A stretch of DNA of 53,111 nucleotides from a virus (IMGVR_UViG_3300035492_000099:1-53111), one strand, 5' to 3'. Shown: positions 18,653-26,822, numbered from the stretch's first letter. A program made the numbers and translations. The notes: generated from the letters alone by a model not told the origin.

Positions 18653-19930
18653 ATGCAACAAGAAAATAAAACAACATCAATAAGCGTTTTAGATGCTCCT
18701 ATGGGCACAGGAAAAACAACAGCTATTATTAATTGGATGAATAAAAACCCAAACAAGAAATATCTATATGTAAGCCCTATGTTAACGGAAGTGGAGGAGC
18801 GTATCCCCACGGCCTGTGCAGGTCTAGAGTTTGTCTATCCAACAATGAAATATAACAGTGATACTGGTGTATCTTCTAAAGGCTATTCTTTATTGTGCTA
18901 TTTACGAGAAGGAAAGAACGTAGCCTTTACACACGCCTTATTTAAGGAGATGACGCCTGAACACACAAAATTAATCAAAGAAGAAGGGTACACTCTAATC
19001 ATTGATGAAGAGATTCCTTTCATCGACCCCTATGATGGGTATTACAAAAGAGATGATATTGTCTCTTTAGAAAGCAAAGGGTTTATATTTGTTAATGAAG
19101 ACAACCTAGGGAGGGTGGAGTGGAAATGGGATGATATGCTTCCCAACACAGCCTATCAGGATTTACGTAGAATGTGTGAGATGGGACATTTGTATTGTGC
19201 AAGAGGTGAAAGAAAGATGCTTGTAACCCACCTACCCATTTCTTTGTTAGAATGCACAAAAGAAACAATCATTCTCACCTACCTGTTCAAAGGCAGTGTA
19301 ATGAAATCTTTCTTGGATATACACAACATCTGCATCAACAATTTAGTTGACACACATCCAGAAATAGATTTCTCATACGATCTTACACAATGGAAACAGA
19401 ATGTAAGAAACCTTGCAACACTGACTGATAGTCCATCAACACTGCAAATAAAAAGAAAGAATATGAATATGACATCTAACTGGTTTACTAAAACAGCAAC
19501 AAAAGATGAATTATCTTTTCTTGGTAAGGCTATACGTTCTATCATACAAAAACATGGCAGGGAAAACATCTTATTAACAACAAAGAAATCTTCATTGATG
19601 AGGAGAACAAGGGATAACAAATCAAACACAAGGTGTATCCTTCCAAAAGGATTGAACGTAGATGGTTGCTTTCTACATTCAGGAGCCAGAGCAGTGAATG
19701 ACTACGCAGACAGAGATGTAGCTATACATGCCTATAACAGGTATTTACACGTATCAACAAAAGCCTATCTACAAGACTATGGCACTCCTCCAGAGGATGA
19801 TGATTATGCCTTATCAGAGATGGTGCAATGGCTTTGGAGAACAGCTATACGTAATAATCACCCAGTTACATTCTACATATTTTCTGACAGAATGGAGCAG
19901 ATTTTAAAGGAGTGGCTTTACGACAGCTAG
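18653..19930 (+). CDS. SF2 helicase-like / origin-binding-like protein
   Basis: DAPMGTGKTT Walker A, LIIDEE Walker B, MVQWLWRTAIR motif VI-like; ATG at 18653 after AAGGA. Confidence 0.7.
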   Translation: MQQENKTTSISVLDAPMGTGKTTAIINWMNKNPNKKYLYVSPMLTEVEERIPTACAGLEFVYPTMKYNSDTGVSSKGYSLLCYLREGKNVAFTHALFKEMTPEHTKLIKEEGYTLIIDEEIPFIDPYDGYYKRDDIVSLESKGFIFVNEDNLGRVEWKWDDMLPNTAYQDLRRMCEMGHLYCARGERKMLVTHLPISLLECTKETIILTYLFKGSVMKSFLDIHNICINNLVDTHPEIDFSYDLTQWKQNVRNLATLTDSPSTLQIKRKNMNMTSNWFTKTATKDELSFLGKAIRSIIQKHGRENILLTTKKSSLMRRTRDNKSNTRCILPKGLNVDGCFLHSGARAVNDYADRDVAIHAYNRYLHVSTKAYLQDYGTPPEDDDYALSEMVQWLWRTAIRNNHPVTFYIFSDRMEQILKEWLYDS

Positions 19931-19939
19931 AGCTTCATT

Positions 19940-20049
19940 TTATGTTGTATTTTAACAGCATCCAAATTATACTTTGTAACTTATTGATATATATGATATA
20001 ATTTTCAATATCCTTGAAATACAAAGTAGTGTGTTAAAATACAAAATAA
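19940..20049. repeat. About 110-bp imperfect inverted repeat containing an IHF consensus site
   Basis: TTATGTTGTATTTTAACA / TGTTAAAATACAAAATAA, TACTTTGTA / TACAAAGTA; TATCAATAAGTTA on the minus strand at 19977-19989. Confidence 0.65.
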
Positions 20050-20400
20050 CATTACAAAATAATGTAAATATACATGGGAATAACGAATATATCCTATGAA
20101 CAACATAGTCTATATTCTATGGGAAACCATTTCCCAATTCCCCTATAAAAGCATATAGCAATTAAATATTAATTCCTATATTCCAAATATCAAAATATCC
20201 TTAGAACATCTCTTTAAAACATCTATAGGGCTGCTAATATTCGTCGCTTTAGTGTCTGGTCTTAACGCCCCAAGGCGTAGCCCTATCACATATTACCATA
20301 ATTGTCAAATATCCTAGTGTAACAGAATATTTATTACGTAACTAATTGTAAATCTATTTGACTATTCTTTGAATATATGCTATAGGGCATTAGCCCTATC

Positions 20401-20540
20401 GAGAATGATTCTCATTCTCTCATAATATTAACATCATTCTCCTTTATCATTGTTTCACATGAAACATTGTAAATAGAAATCATTCTTATTTGTATTACAC
20501 TGTTATAATGTAATAATGTAAATGAGAATAATTGTTATTT
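20401..20540. promoter_or_regulatory. Fur-box-like sites (left cluster)
   Basis: GAGAATGATTCTCATTCTC (20401-20419, 15/19 to GATAATGATAATCATTATC), AATAGAAATCATTCTTATT, AATGAGAATAATTGTTATT. Confidence 0.6.
20451..20466. promoter_or_regulatory. parS-like site 1
   Basis: TGTTTCACATGAAACA, 15/16 to TGTTTCACGTGAAACA. Confidence 0.7.
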
Positions 20541-20661
20541 GTGTTTTATTGTACCTGTTGTGTAAAAACAACAGCTATTAAATGTAACTAAGTATTTTCT
20601 TTGTTAAACAATTGTAAATGTAACAATACATTTAAATTGTAACAGAGTGTAATTGTCCTTG

Positions 20662-20710
20662 ACAACCACTATATCTTGTGGTTGTTACAAAGTGTAACAC
20701 TATATAGTGT
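20662..20710. promoter_or_regulatory. NrdR-box-like palindromes
   Basis: ACAACCACTATATCTTGTGGTTGT and ACACTATATAGTGT. Confidence 0.55.
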
Positions 20711-20770
20711 GTAACAGAGTGTAAGAGGCTTAGTCCATCCATACCTTACGGCATGTATTCCCTGCGCTAT

Positions 20771-20786
20771 TGTTCCACGTGAAACG
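20771..20786. promoter_or_regulatory. parS-like site 2
   Basis: TGTTCCACGTGAAACG. Confidence 0.7.
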
Positions 20787-21046
20787 TGGATTATATAGGC
20801 TTATTCCCTACCATAGGCAATTACGCCAGTTTACATCAAAAGATATTATATGTAATTACATTATATAAATTTATATATTGTTCTTTTCTTATATATCCTT
20901 TTGTTATATAAATCTAATGATTTATTCCCTGTTTTATTTGTATTGTTTTTGTGTACAGCCGTTTTAAGCTGTTTTTATGCTTTCCCTATGGTTACCTATT
21001 GGTAGACAAAGAAAAACGGCGCTATGGCCGTTTAAATCGTTTCTGT

Positions 21047-21295
21047 TTAGTCTTCCCCGTGATTGAGTATTCTTTGCAATTTATCTATTGTAACCCTTAA
21101 CTTGTCTTTGTCTTCCATCCATGCGAGCAGCGCTTTGTATTCTTGGTTTCTTGTTATGTCTAATTTCGCAAGCTTTAAAAGGCCGTCTAGCTCTTCCCCA
21201 AGAATATCGTCAGAGTGTTGCTTTGCCTCTTTTTCGTTAGTAAACAGTTTTCCATCGTATGTTTGGAAGCATTCAACAATTTTGTAATTCATCAT
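21047..21295 (-). CDS. Hypothetical early-region protein
   Basis: FQTYDGKLFTNEKEAKQH; last ORF of the minus-strand cassette. Confidence 0.65.
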   Translation of the reverse strand: MMNYKIVECFQTYDGKLFTNEKEAKQHSDDILGEELDGLLKLAKLDITRNQEYKALLAWMEDKDKLRVTIDKLQRILNHGED

Positions 21296-21539
21296 TTAAT
21301 TACCCCGCTACTAACATGCTATTGTTTTTTATATTAATATTCATGATTTAACCCACTCATATTCACAATAAACCAAATAAGCTTTAGCTAAAAATGGTAA
21401 TGATAAAAATTGTCTTCAGCAAATAATCTTATCATATCCATAATAGGCTTGTCTGCATATTCCGGGTATGCTTTATGTACATCCCTTAAAAGGCTTTCTG
21501 TCCTGATAACCCAATTTTCCGAAAACGGATTGTAATACA

Positions 21540-21788
21540 TTATAAAAGCTCCTTCGGTTTAATAAACTGTATTTCAGTAAACCCGCAATTGTAGGCGTGC
21601 AATGAGGCTTCCGCAACTATATCTGTATACTGGTAAGCTTTACCTGGTGAATCACTTTGTACAAAGCTTTTAATAACTTTGTTGTAACACTCTACGCTTG
21701 CACGCCATTGATATGTACCAAAAGCTTGATAAAGTCTAATTTTACATTTCATTTCCATTCCCCAAAAAACAACTCGGACAGGTAGCAT
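21540..21788 (-). CDS. Hypothetical early-region protein
   Basis: ORF in the minus-strand cassette; start uncertain. Confidence 0.5.
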   Translation of the reverse strand: MLPVRVVFWGMEMKCKIRLYQAFGTYQWRASVECYNKVIKSFVQSDSPGKAYQYTDIVAEASLHAYNCGFTEIQFIKPKELL

Positions 21789-21925
21789 ATGCCAGCGCCA
21801 ATACCTGCAACCACCATTGTAATAAAAGCTGCAACCACTACCGCGAAAAGAATATTACCGAATAACATATTAAATACTCCTTTTGAATGGAAAGCCCCAA
21901 AGGGCTTTCCGTGTTTAATTACGCA

Positions 21926-22123
21926 TTAACCCTTGTATCCGTAAGCAGTGGCAATTGCTATTTCTCCTGGTGTTAGCTTACGTTCCTTTGACCATTCTTG
22001 AGCCTTTTCCCTTATTTCCTTACCACCAATTGCTTTAACCACTGTTTGCTCGAATTTATTATTACATTTCCCAAGATCAAGAATTAAAGCATCGTGCAAT
22101 TGTTTGATAGACCAAGCTTGCAT
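21926..22123 (-). CDS. Hypothetical early-region protein
   Basis: RBS AAGGAA; directly behind a promoter. Confidence 0.65.
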   Translation of the reverse strand: MQAWSIKQLHDALILDLGKCNNKFEQTVVKAIGGKEIREKAQEWSKERKLTPGEIAIATAYGYKG

Positions 22124-22160
22124 ATTAAATATTCCTTTTTGAATGGAAAGCCAGTATGTA

Positions 22161-22190
22161 ATTCTACTCTTATTTTTAGCTCATGCAAGC
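22161..22190 (-). promoter_or_regulatory. Early promoter
   Basis: GCTTGCAT...TAGAAT, same pattern as 24515-24543. Confidence 0.55.
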
Positions 22191-22275
22191 ATTATTTATA
22201 GGTTTTACAAATTTTTACATTCTGAATTGTTTTGTTACATAATACACAAAAGAAAAGCCACTATAAATAGTGGCT

Positions 22276-22291
22276 TGTTTCCCGTGAAACA
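22276..22291. promoter_or_regulatory. parS-like site 3
   Basis: TGTTTCCCGTGAAACA, intergenic. Confidence 0.65.
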
Positions 22292-22402
22292 TTAAACAGG
22301 ATTATTTGAATATGGAAGTTAACGCAGCGTACACCGGCACTAAAAGAATCGGTGCATACCCCAAACAAACGATAACGGCCAAAATTATGATTAGTGTTTT
22401 CA

Positions 22403-23005
22403 TTAGTAAATTTCGCCGTCGATTGTAAACTTGTATTCGTTGCCTAAAATATAATCTACAATCGCCTCATCGCTCATTAAATATTCATATTCGTTTTCAA
22501 GCTTAGAATAAATTTCTTGTGAAATTGTACGTACAATTTCTGTTATTTCTTTTTCAATTTCGCTGACAGATTGCAGAGTGTTAACACTATGATAGTCTAA
22601 ACTAAAAGCAATCGTGTTTTCGTGTACGTAGTAGTTACTAATTCGTTCTACTTTGCCGTATATTTTATAAAAATATTTTCTTTGCAATTCTTGTAATTGC
22701 TTTGCCGCACCAATAAAAACAGTTTCATTAGGCGCATATTCAATTAATTTTTTAACGCCACCTTTGGCATACTCATAATTTCCCGTAAAGCTTGCACCGT
22801 CGCCTTGCGAACAAAACCCACTAAATTGTATATTGGCATCAGTGAATCCGATAAATTCAAGCATTGTTTTAATATCATCACACGTAGAATACCACCAGTC
22901 ATAATCTAGATAATACGTGTCGTTTTTAAACTTTTCAATGGCTTTGTTTTTAGCATCATCGCTCAATTCGTTAAAATTGAATAGTTCAATAGTGATAGCT
23001 TGCAT
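22403..23005 (-). CDS. Early-region phage protein of unknown function
   Basis: LFNFNELSDDAK, FSGFCSQGDGASFTG, YEYLMSDEAI...NEYKFTIDG. Confidence 0.75.
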   Translation of the reverse strand: MQAITIELFNFNELSDDAKNKAIEKFKNDTYYLDYDWWYSTCDDIKTMLEFIGFTDANIQFSGFCSQGDGASFTGNYEYAKGGVKKLIEYAPNETVFIGAAKQLQELQRKYFYKIYGKVERISNYYVHENTIAFSLDYHSVNTLQSVSEIEKEITEIVRTISQEIYSKLENEYEYLMSDEAIVDYILGNEYKFTIDGEIY

Positions 23006-23006
23006 T

Positions 23007-23384
23007 TTAGTTTTCCCTTACGAATACAAAATAAGCATATACAGAATAATCGTTGTCTTCCGTTTCTTTTTCTAAATCAGTGAAAAACCTACGTTGTCCT
23101 TTTTTCTTTGGCGTTATCCTGTTGACAGCCGCATATGCCGCCTTAGTAAGCTTATCGGCTAATGCTTCACTCTCAGGTGGAATAAACGAATAAGATAATA
23201 GCATGGTGTCGTTATCGTTACCCGCAATAGCGCCATGCTTAATTTCATTTTTAATTGATTGTTTAATGTCTTTTAAAGACATACCATGCCAAACAGGGAT
23301 GGAAACATGCGGTAAATGGTGGCCGCTCCAATAATCCGGTAAGCATGTATCAGCATGGACACACTCGAATTTAATACGTGACAT
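23007..23384 (-). CDS. Hypothetical early-region protein
   Basis: HADTCLPDYWSGHHLPH; abuts the next gene. Confidence 0.7.
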   Translation of the reverse strand: MSRIKFECVHADTCLPDYWSGHHLPHVSIPVWHGMSLKDIKQSIKNEIKHGAIAGNDNDTMLLSYSFIPPESEALADKLTKAAYAAVNRITPKKKGQRRFFTDLEKETEDNDYSVYAYFVFVREN

Positions 23385-23396
23385 TTTAAACCCCTA

Positions 23397-23729
23397 TTAA
23401 AAACCTAAATAAACGATTGTATTGTTATCAGTCACGCCGACAACAAGTGTTTCCTTTTCCAATTGTTCGCTAACATATTCGGTTATTTCTTCTTTTTCTT
23501 CAAGATAATCAGGGACATCAATATCATATTGTTCTACAATATCATCAATTGTGTTTTCCGAGTAGTCGCAACAAATAGCGATAACATAAAGCTCAATTTC
23601 TTGTCCCGTTTCTTCTTCTACGCTTTCCAAGTGTTCAAACAACAATTGCAAACCTTCATACGAAAAATTATCAGGGCGAATTTCCTTGAAAGCATCATAA
23701 AATTGATAAAAGTTAATTGTTTGTTTCAT
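23397..23729 (-). CDS. Acidic hypothetical early-region protein
   Basis: RPDNFSYEGL...VIAICCDYSE; very D/E-rich. Confidence 0.7.
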   Translation of the reverse strand: MKQTINFYQFYDAFKEIRPDNFSYEGLQLLFEHLESVEEETGQEIELYVIAICCDYSENTIDDIVEQYDIDVPDYLEEKEEITEYVSEQLEKETLVVGVTDNNTIVYLGF

Positions 23730-23781
23730 GTCTGAAAATTTCCTATAAGGGAAGAAAAGAGAATTAATTATAACACAAAAA

Positions 23782-24000
23782 TTATTCTTGCACTATTTGA
23801 AATAATGCATTTTCTGCTAATTGGTGCATACCGAAGCTGTCAAGTAATTTACCCATGCGCCACAATGCCAAAACATTGTTAATTTCGGGAATTGAAAACA
23901 AGCTTGATTCGATTATTTCATTCCCGTGATGGTAGCGTAAACGCGCTACGGGTTCATTGTGGTATTGTTTTATAACAATTTCATAATATTGAATTTTCAT
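23782..24000 (-). CDS. Hypothetical early-region protein
   Basis: RBS AAGGGA. Confidence 0.55.
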   Translation of the reverse strand: MKIQYYEIVIKQYHNEPVARLRYHHGNEIIESSLFSIPEINNVLALWRMGKLLDSFGMHQLAENALFQIVQE

Positions 24001-24014
24001 TTTTAAAATCCCTT

Positions 24015-24030
24015 CGTTTCACGTGAAACA
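24015..24030. promoter_or_regulatory. parS-like site 4
   Basis: CGTTTCACGTGAAACA, fills most of a 30-bp intergenic gap. Confidence 0.75.
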
Positions 24031-24297
24031 TTAAAAATTATATGTTTTGCCACCAATTGAAAGCCGTTTAATTGTATCACAATTAACGTTTCTATAAACA
24101 GGCTTTCCGTTATCGTGGCCCGCAATAACGGTAATATATTCTTTTTTGTGGCTTACCGGGTTATGTCCCGTATGCTCAGGATGCAAATAAACTTGCCCGG
24201 TTAACGTCCTTTCTTCGCCGTTTTTCTTGATAAACGTAACACCAAAAAATTTAGCGCCGTTTGCCTTGATTAATGCTTTAATTTCGTTTGCGTTCAT
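24031..24297 (-). CDS. Small SH3/WYL-like-fold phage protein
   Basis: FFGVTFIKKNGEERTL...YRNVNCDTI. Confidence 0.6.
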   Translation of the reverse strand: MNANEIKALIKANGAKFFGVTFIKKNGEERTLTGQVYLHPEHTGHNPVSHKKEYITVIAGHDNGKPVYRNVNCDTIKRLSIGGKTYNF

Positions 24298-24482
24298 GTG
24301 TATAATTCCTGTTTAAACTGTTTGTAGAATTCGGCGTTTTCTTCGTGCAATTCTTTGCCAATATTTAATAACATCATAGCATGAATTGAATTTAGATTGT
24401 AATATTCTGAAAATTTATCTATTGTCAGAAAATTATTTAAATAGTCCAAATGCAATTCTATTAATTGTTTCTGTATGCTCAT
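24294..24482 (-). CDS. Hypothetical early-region protein
   Basis: DYLNNFLTIDKFSEYY; first gene behind the early promoter. Confidence 0.65.
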   Translation of the reverse strand: MSIQKQLIELHLDYLNNFLTIDKFSEYYNLNSIHAMMLLNIGKELHEENAEFYKQFKQELYT

Positions 24483-24514
24483 AACTGGCCCTTGTTTGTT
24501 AACGCATGAGTGAA

Positions 24515-24543
24515 ATTCTACGCATTAAATTTAAAGCTTGCAA
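24515..24543 (-). promoter_or_regulatory. Early promoter
   Basis: TTGCAA-17 nt-TAGAAT. Confidence 0.6.
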
Positions 24544-24741
24544 GCATTCTACACAAAACAATTGTAAGAAAGTGTAAACACTTCGCTAACAGGAAATAAC
24601 GCGCCAGCGTATGCGTGCGCGATTTTAACATAAAACAAGTGTATTGTGAAGCATTATTTTACTTGTTGTATTTATTCAACTGAGGGAAACCCCCTATTTA
24701 CAAGCTAATGGAAAACGTGTTAAAATCACGCGAAAATTGTA

Positions 24742-24816
24742 AATGAGAATAATTCGTATTTATGAAATGTAATGAGAACTATTCTCATTCAGTGTCAATT
24801 GAGAATGATTATCATT
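24742..24816. promoter_or_regulatory. Three tandem Fur-box-like sites (right cluster)
   Basis: AATGAGAATAATTCGTATT, AATGAGAACTATTCTCATT, ATTGAGAATGATTATCATT. Confidence 0.65.
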
Positions 24817-24886
24817 TGCATTCGATATAGTAATATTTCGTTACAAATTTTTAAAATTTCCTCTATAGAAATTTCTATACAAACAA

Positions 24887-25000
24887 GATGCTCCAGCTAG
24901 GACAGGCTCGTTAGGATGCTCCCGTTGGGATGGTCTAGCTAGGATGCTCTGGTTGGGATTCACTGCATAGATGCTCCAATTAGGATAGTCTGGCAGGGAT
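24887..25000. repeat. Degenerate 14-bp tandem repeat, 8 units
   Basis: GATGCTCCAGCTAG GACAGGCTCGTTAG GATGCTCCCGTTGG GATGGTCTAGCTAG GATGCTCTGGTTGG GATTCACTGCATA GATGCTCCAATTAG GATAGTCTGGCAGG. Confidence 0.8.
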
Positions 25001-25360
25001 ATTTTTCAAATAAATTAAAATAGATGGTGTGGTAGGGGGTGCATATAGATATGCACATCAACATTATATTTATATAGTAGCCCTAAAAGGCTCCAGAATC
25101 GCTTGTATTGCATTTTCTATAGATAGGCTAGTGTTCATGTGTATAAAAAGGAAAACGCCTCTAAAGGCGTTTAAATGGCTCCTACATGCTCTAGCTAATT
25201 CCTATGCAAATTTCAAATTTTACATGGAATTTCATAATTGTATGTCAATTGCCATAATTTCATCGACAGCCATAATATTTTCATAATTAATTGTGGAATG
25301 TCATAATTTATATGCAATTCTAAATTGATATGTAAATCGTCATAATATTTTTCCAGAACA

Positions 25361-25549
25361 CTACAGATTGTAATACAACAACCTGTTTGCCTCTTTCATT
25401 GCATTCTCATAGTTAATTTCTAAAGGGCATGGCTCATCATACTCATGCCGATCTTGCCTTTTGTGGTGAAAACTATTGCAAGGAAGATAGGGTGGGCAAG
25501 ATTTGTATAAATTCAATAAGGCTTTTATCAATTCTTCTTCAAGCGTCAT
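25361..25549 (-). CDS. Hypothetical protein
   Basis: Cys/His-containing small ORF with RBS GGAG. Confidence 0.55.
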   Translation of the reverse strand: MTLEEELIKALLNLYKSCPPYLPCNSFHHKRQDRHEYDEPCPLEINYENAMKEANRLLYYNL

Positions 25550-25802
25550 AATTTACTCCCAATTCTAATAGAGAATTTTTTATATCATCTATTTTTTGTT
25601 GAATGTGTCTATGCATTATTTCTCTAACTGCAAGTATAACATCTCTATCTCTACTTCCTTGCAGGGAAGCGTGATTAACTCCGGGAGATGGGTAGTCAAA
25701 CCGAACAACCTCTATCAATTGAGATTCCATTAACTGTTCTTCCAGTATTTTGATTCTCTCAATCATGTGATAAATTTTATCAAAATCATTTTTCGTTAAC
25801 AT
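25539..25802 (-). CDS. Hypothetical protein
   Basis: ORF within the minus-strand operon. Confidence 0.55.
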   Translation of the reverse strand: MLTKNDFDKIYHMIERIKILEEQLMESQLIEVVRFDYPSPGVNHASLQGSRDRDVILAVREIMHRHIQQKIDDIKNSLLELGVNYDA

Positions 25803-26000
25803 GGTTTAGAAATCCCCATCACACTCCTACAAACATCTGCTCTATGAAGGCCAAGGTATTGAGAACTCAGTGTTCCGTCATTCAACATATTTTGGACGAA
25901 CTCTGTTTTGTCCATCCATTCATAATACAGCTTCTTGTATGTGCTCATCTGTTGCCAAAGCGTATATATTTTCTCATATGTATTGACATCAACAACTATT

Positions 26001-26411
26001 TCATTTTCCCTCCACCCAATTTGCCGCTGCTCTTAGTGCCACTGGATTATCTTTAAACAGCCCAAGACCTTTGTTGCAACCATTGCACAACAGTCCCCGA
26101 AGATTTCCCGTAGCATGGTCATGATCCACCACAGCAACATCTAATGGTTGACCCCTTCGTCCCACTGAGGATTTTAAATCTATCTTACAGATTCCGCACT
26201 TGCCCCTAAAGGCTACCCACAAAACCCCAAACCCCTCCTCATCTATCTCATATTTCTTTTTTAATCTCCAATTTCTCTTATATTGTTTCCCCGACTCAAC
26301 ACCCCTCCCTCTCAGTATTTCCATATCTTTCTTCCAACATTCCCTACAGCGATTCTTTCTCGTAAGGTTGTCACACCCATCGGTCTTGCACTTTACTTTC
26401 TTTGATGGCAT
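26001..26411 (-). CDS. Endonuclease VII-like (homing) endonuclease
   Basis: CGIC, VDHDHATGNLRGLLCNGCNKGLGLFKD. Confidence 0.9.
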   Translation of the reverse strand: MPSKKVKCKTDGCDNLTRKNRCRECWKKDMEILRGRGVESGKQYKRNWRLKKKYEIDEEGFGVLWVAFRGKCGICKIDLKSSVGRRGQPLDVAVVDHDHATGNLRGLLCNGCNKGLGLFKDNPVALRAAANWVEGK

Positions 26412-26572
26412 TAAAATGCCTCACAGAAAATGATCTTCTCACCTACTGAATAGCTTCCTTTCTCTACAACAGATTGCCAACCATCAACATGTGCTAATTC
26501 AATAGCATCTGCCCCTTCAATTGGAGAGATTTTAGAAATCCTTCTCACTGTAGCCATTTTACGTTCAGACAT
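26411..26572 (-). pseudogene. Truncated N-terminus of a DRB0094-family RNA ligase
   Basis: MSERKMATVRRISKISPIEGADAIELAHVDGWQSVVEKGSYSVGEKIIFCEAF* (53 aa); stop overlaps the EndoVII start (TAATG). Confidence 0.7.
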
Positions 26573-26593
26573 TTAATTCTCCCTCAACCTCGG

Positions 26594-26821
26594 TTAGTTT
26601 TTACAACGATCTATATAATCAATCAGCATATCATACATGAATTTGCCAATAGCTTCGTAGTCTTTGTTTTCAATGTGTGCTCCAAGAATACGTTCTTTCT
26701 CATTAAGAATTTTATAGAATTCTTCATTGCTCATATTCTTGTGATAGAAAGCATCTGGCCCAAGCCCCTCCCAAAGAAGGGGATTGTCCACCCAAGATTC
26801 GATTTGTTCATACGAGGCCAT
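26594..26821 (-). CDS. Hypothetical protein
   Basis: ATG at 26821 after AGGAGA. Confidence 0.6.
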   Translation of the reverse strand: MASYEQIESWVDNPLLWEGLGPDAFYHKNMSNEEFYKILNEKERILGAHIENKDYEAIGKFMYDMLIDYIDRCKN

Positions 26822-26822
26822 A

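Noticed and set aside
20943-20958. LexA-box-like TTGTTTTTGTGTACAG
   Set aside because: Mismatch in the invariant CTG and only a single copy; too weak
19931-21046. DnaA-box cluster as a host-type origin
   Set aside because: No convincing TTATCCACA matches found by eye
24887-25000. Possible CRISPR array
   Set aside because: Units are 14 bp and contiguous with no unique spacers; no cas genes in the window
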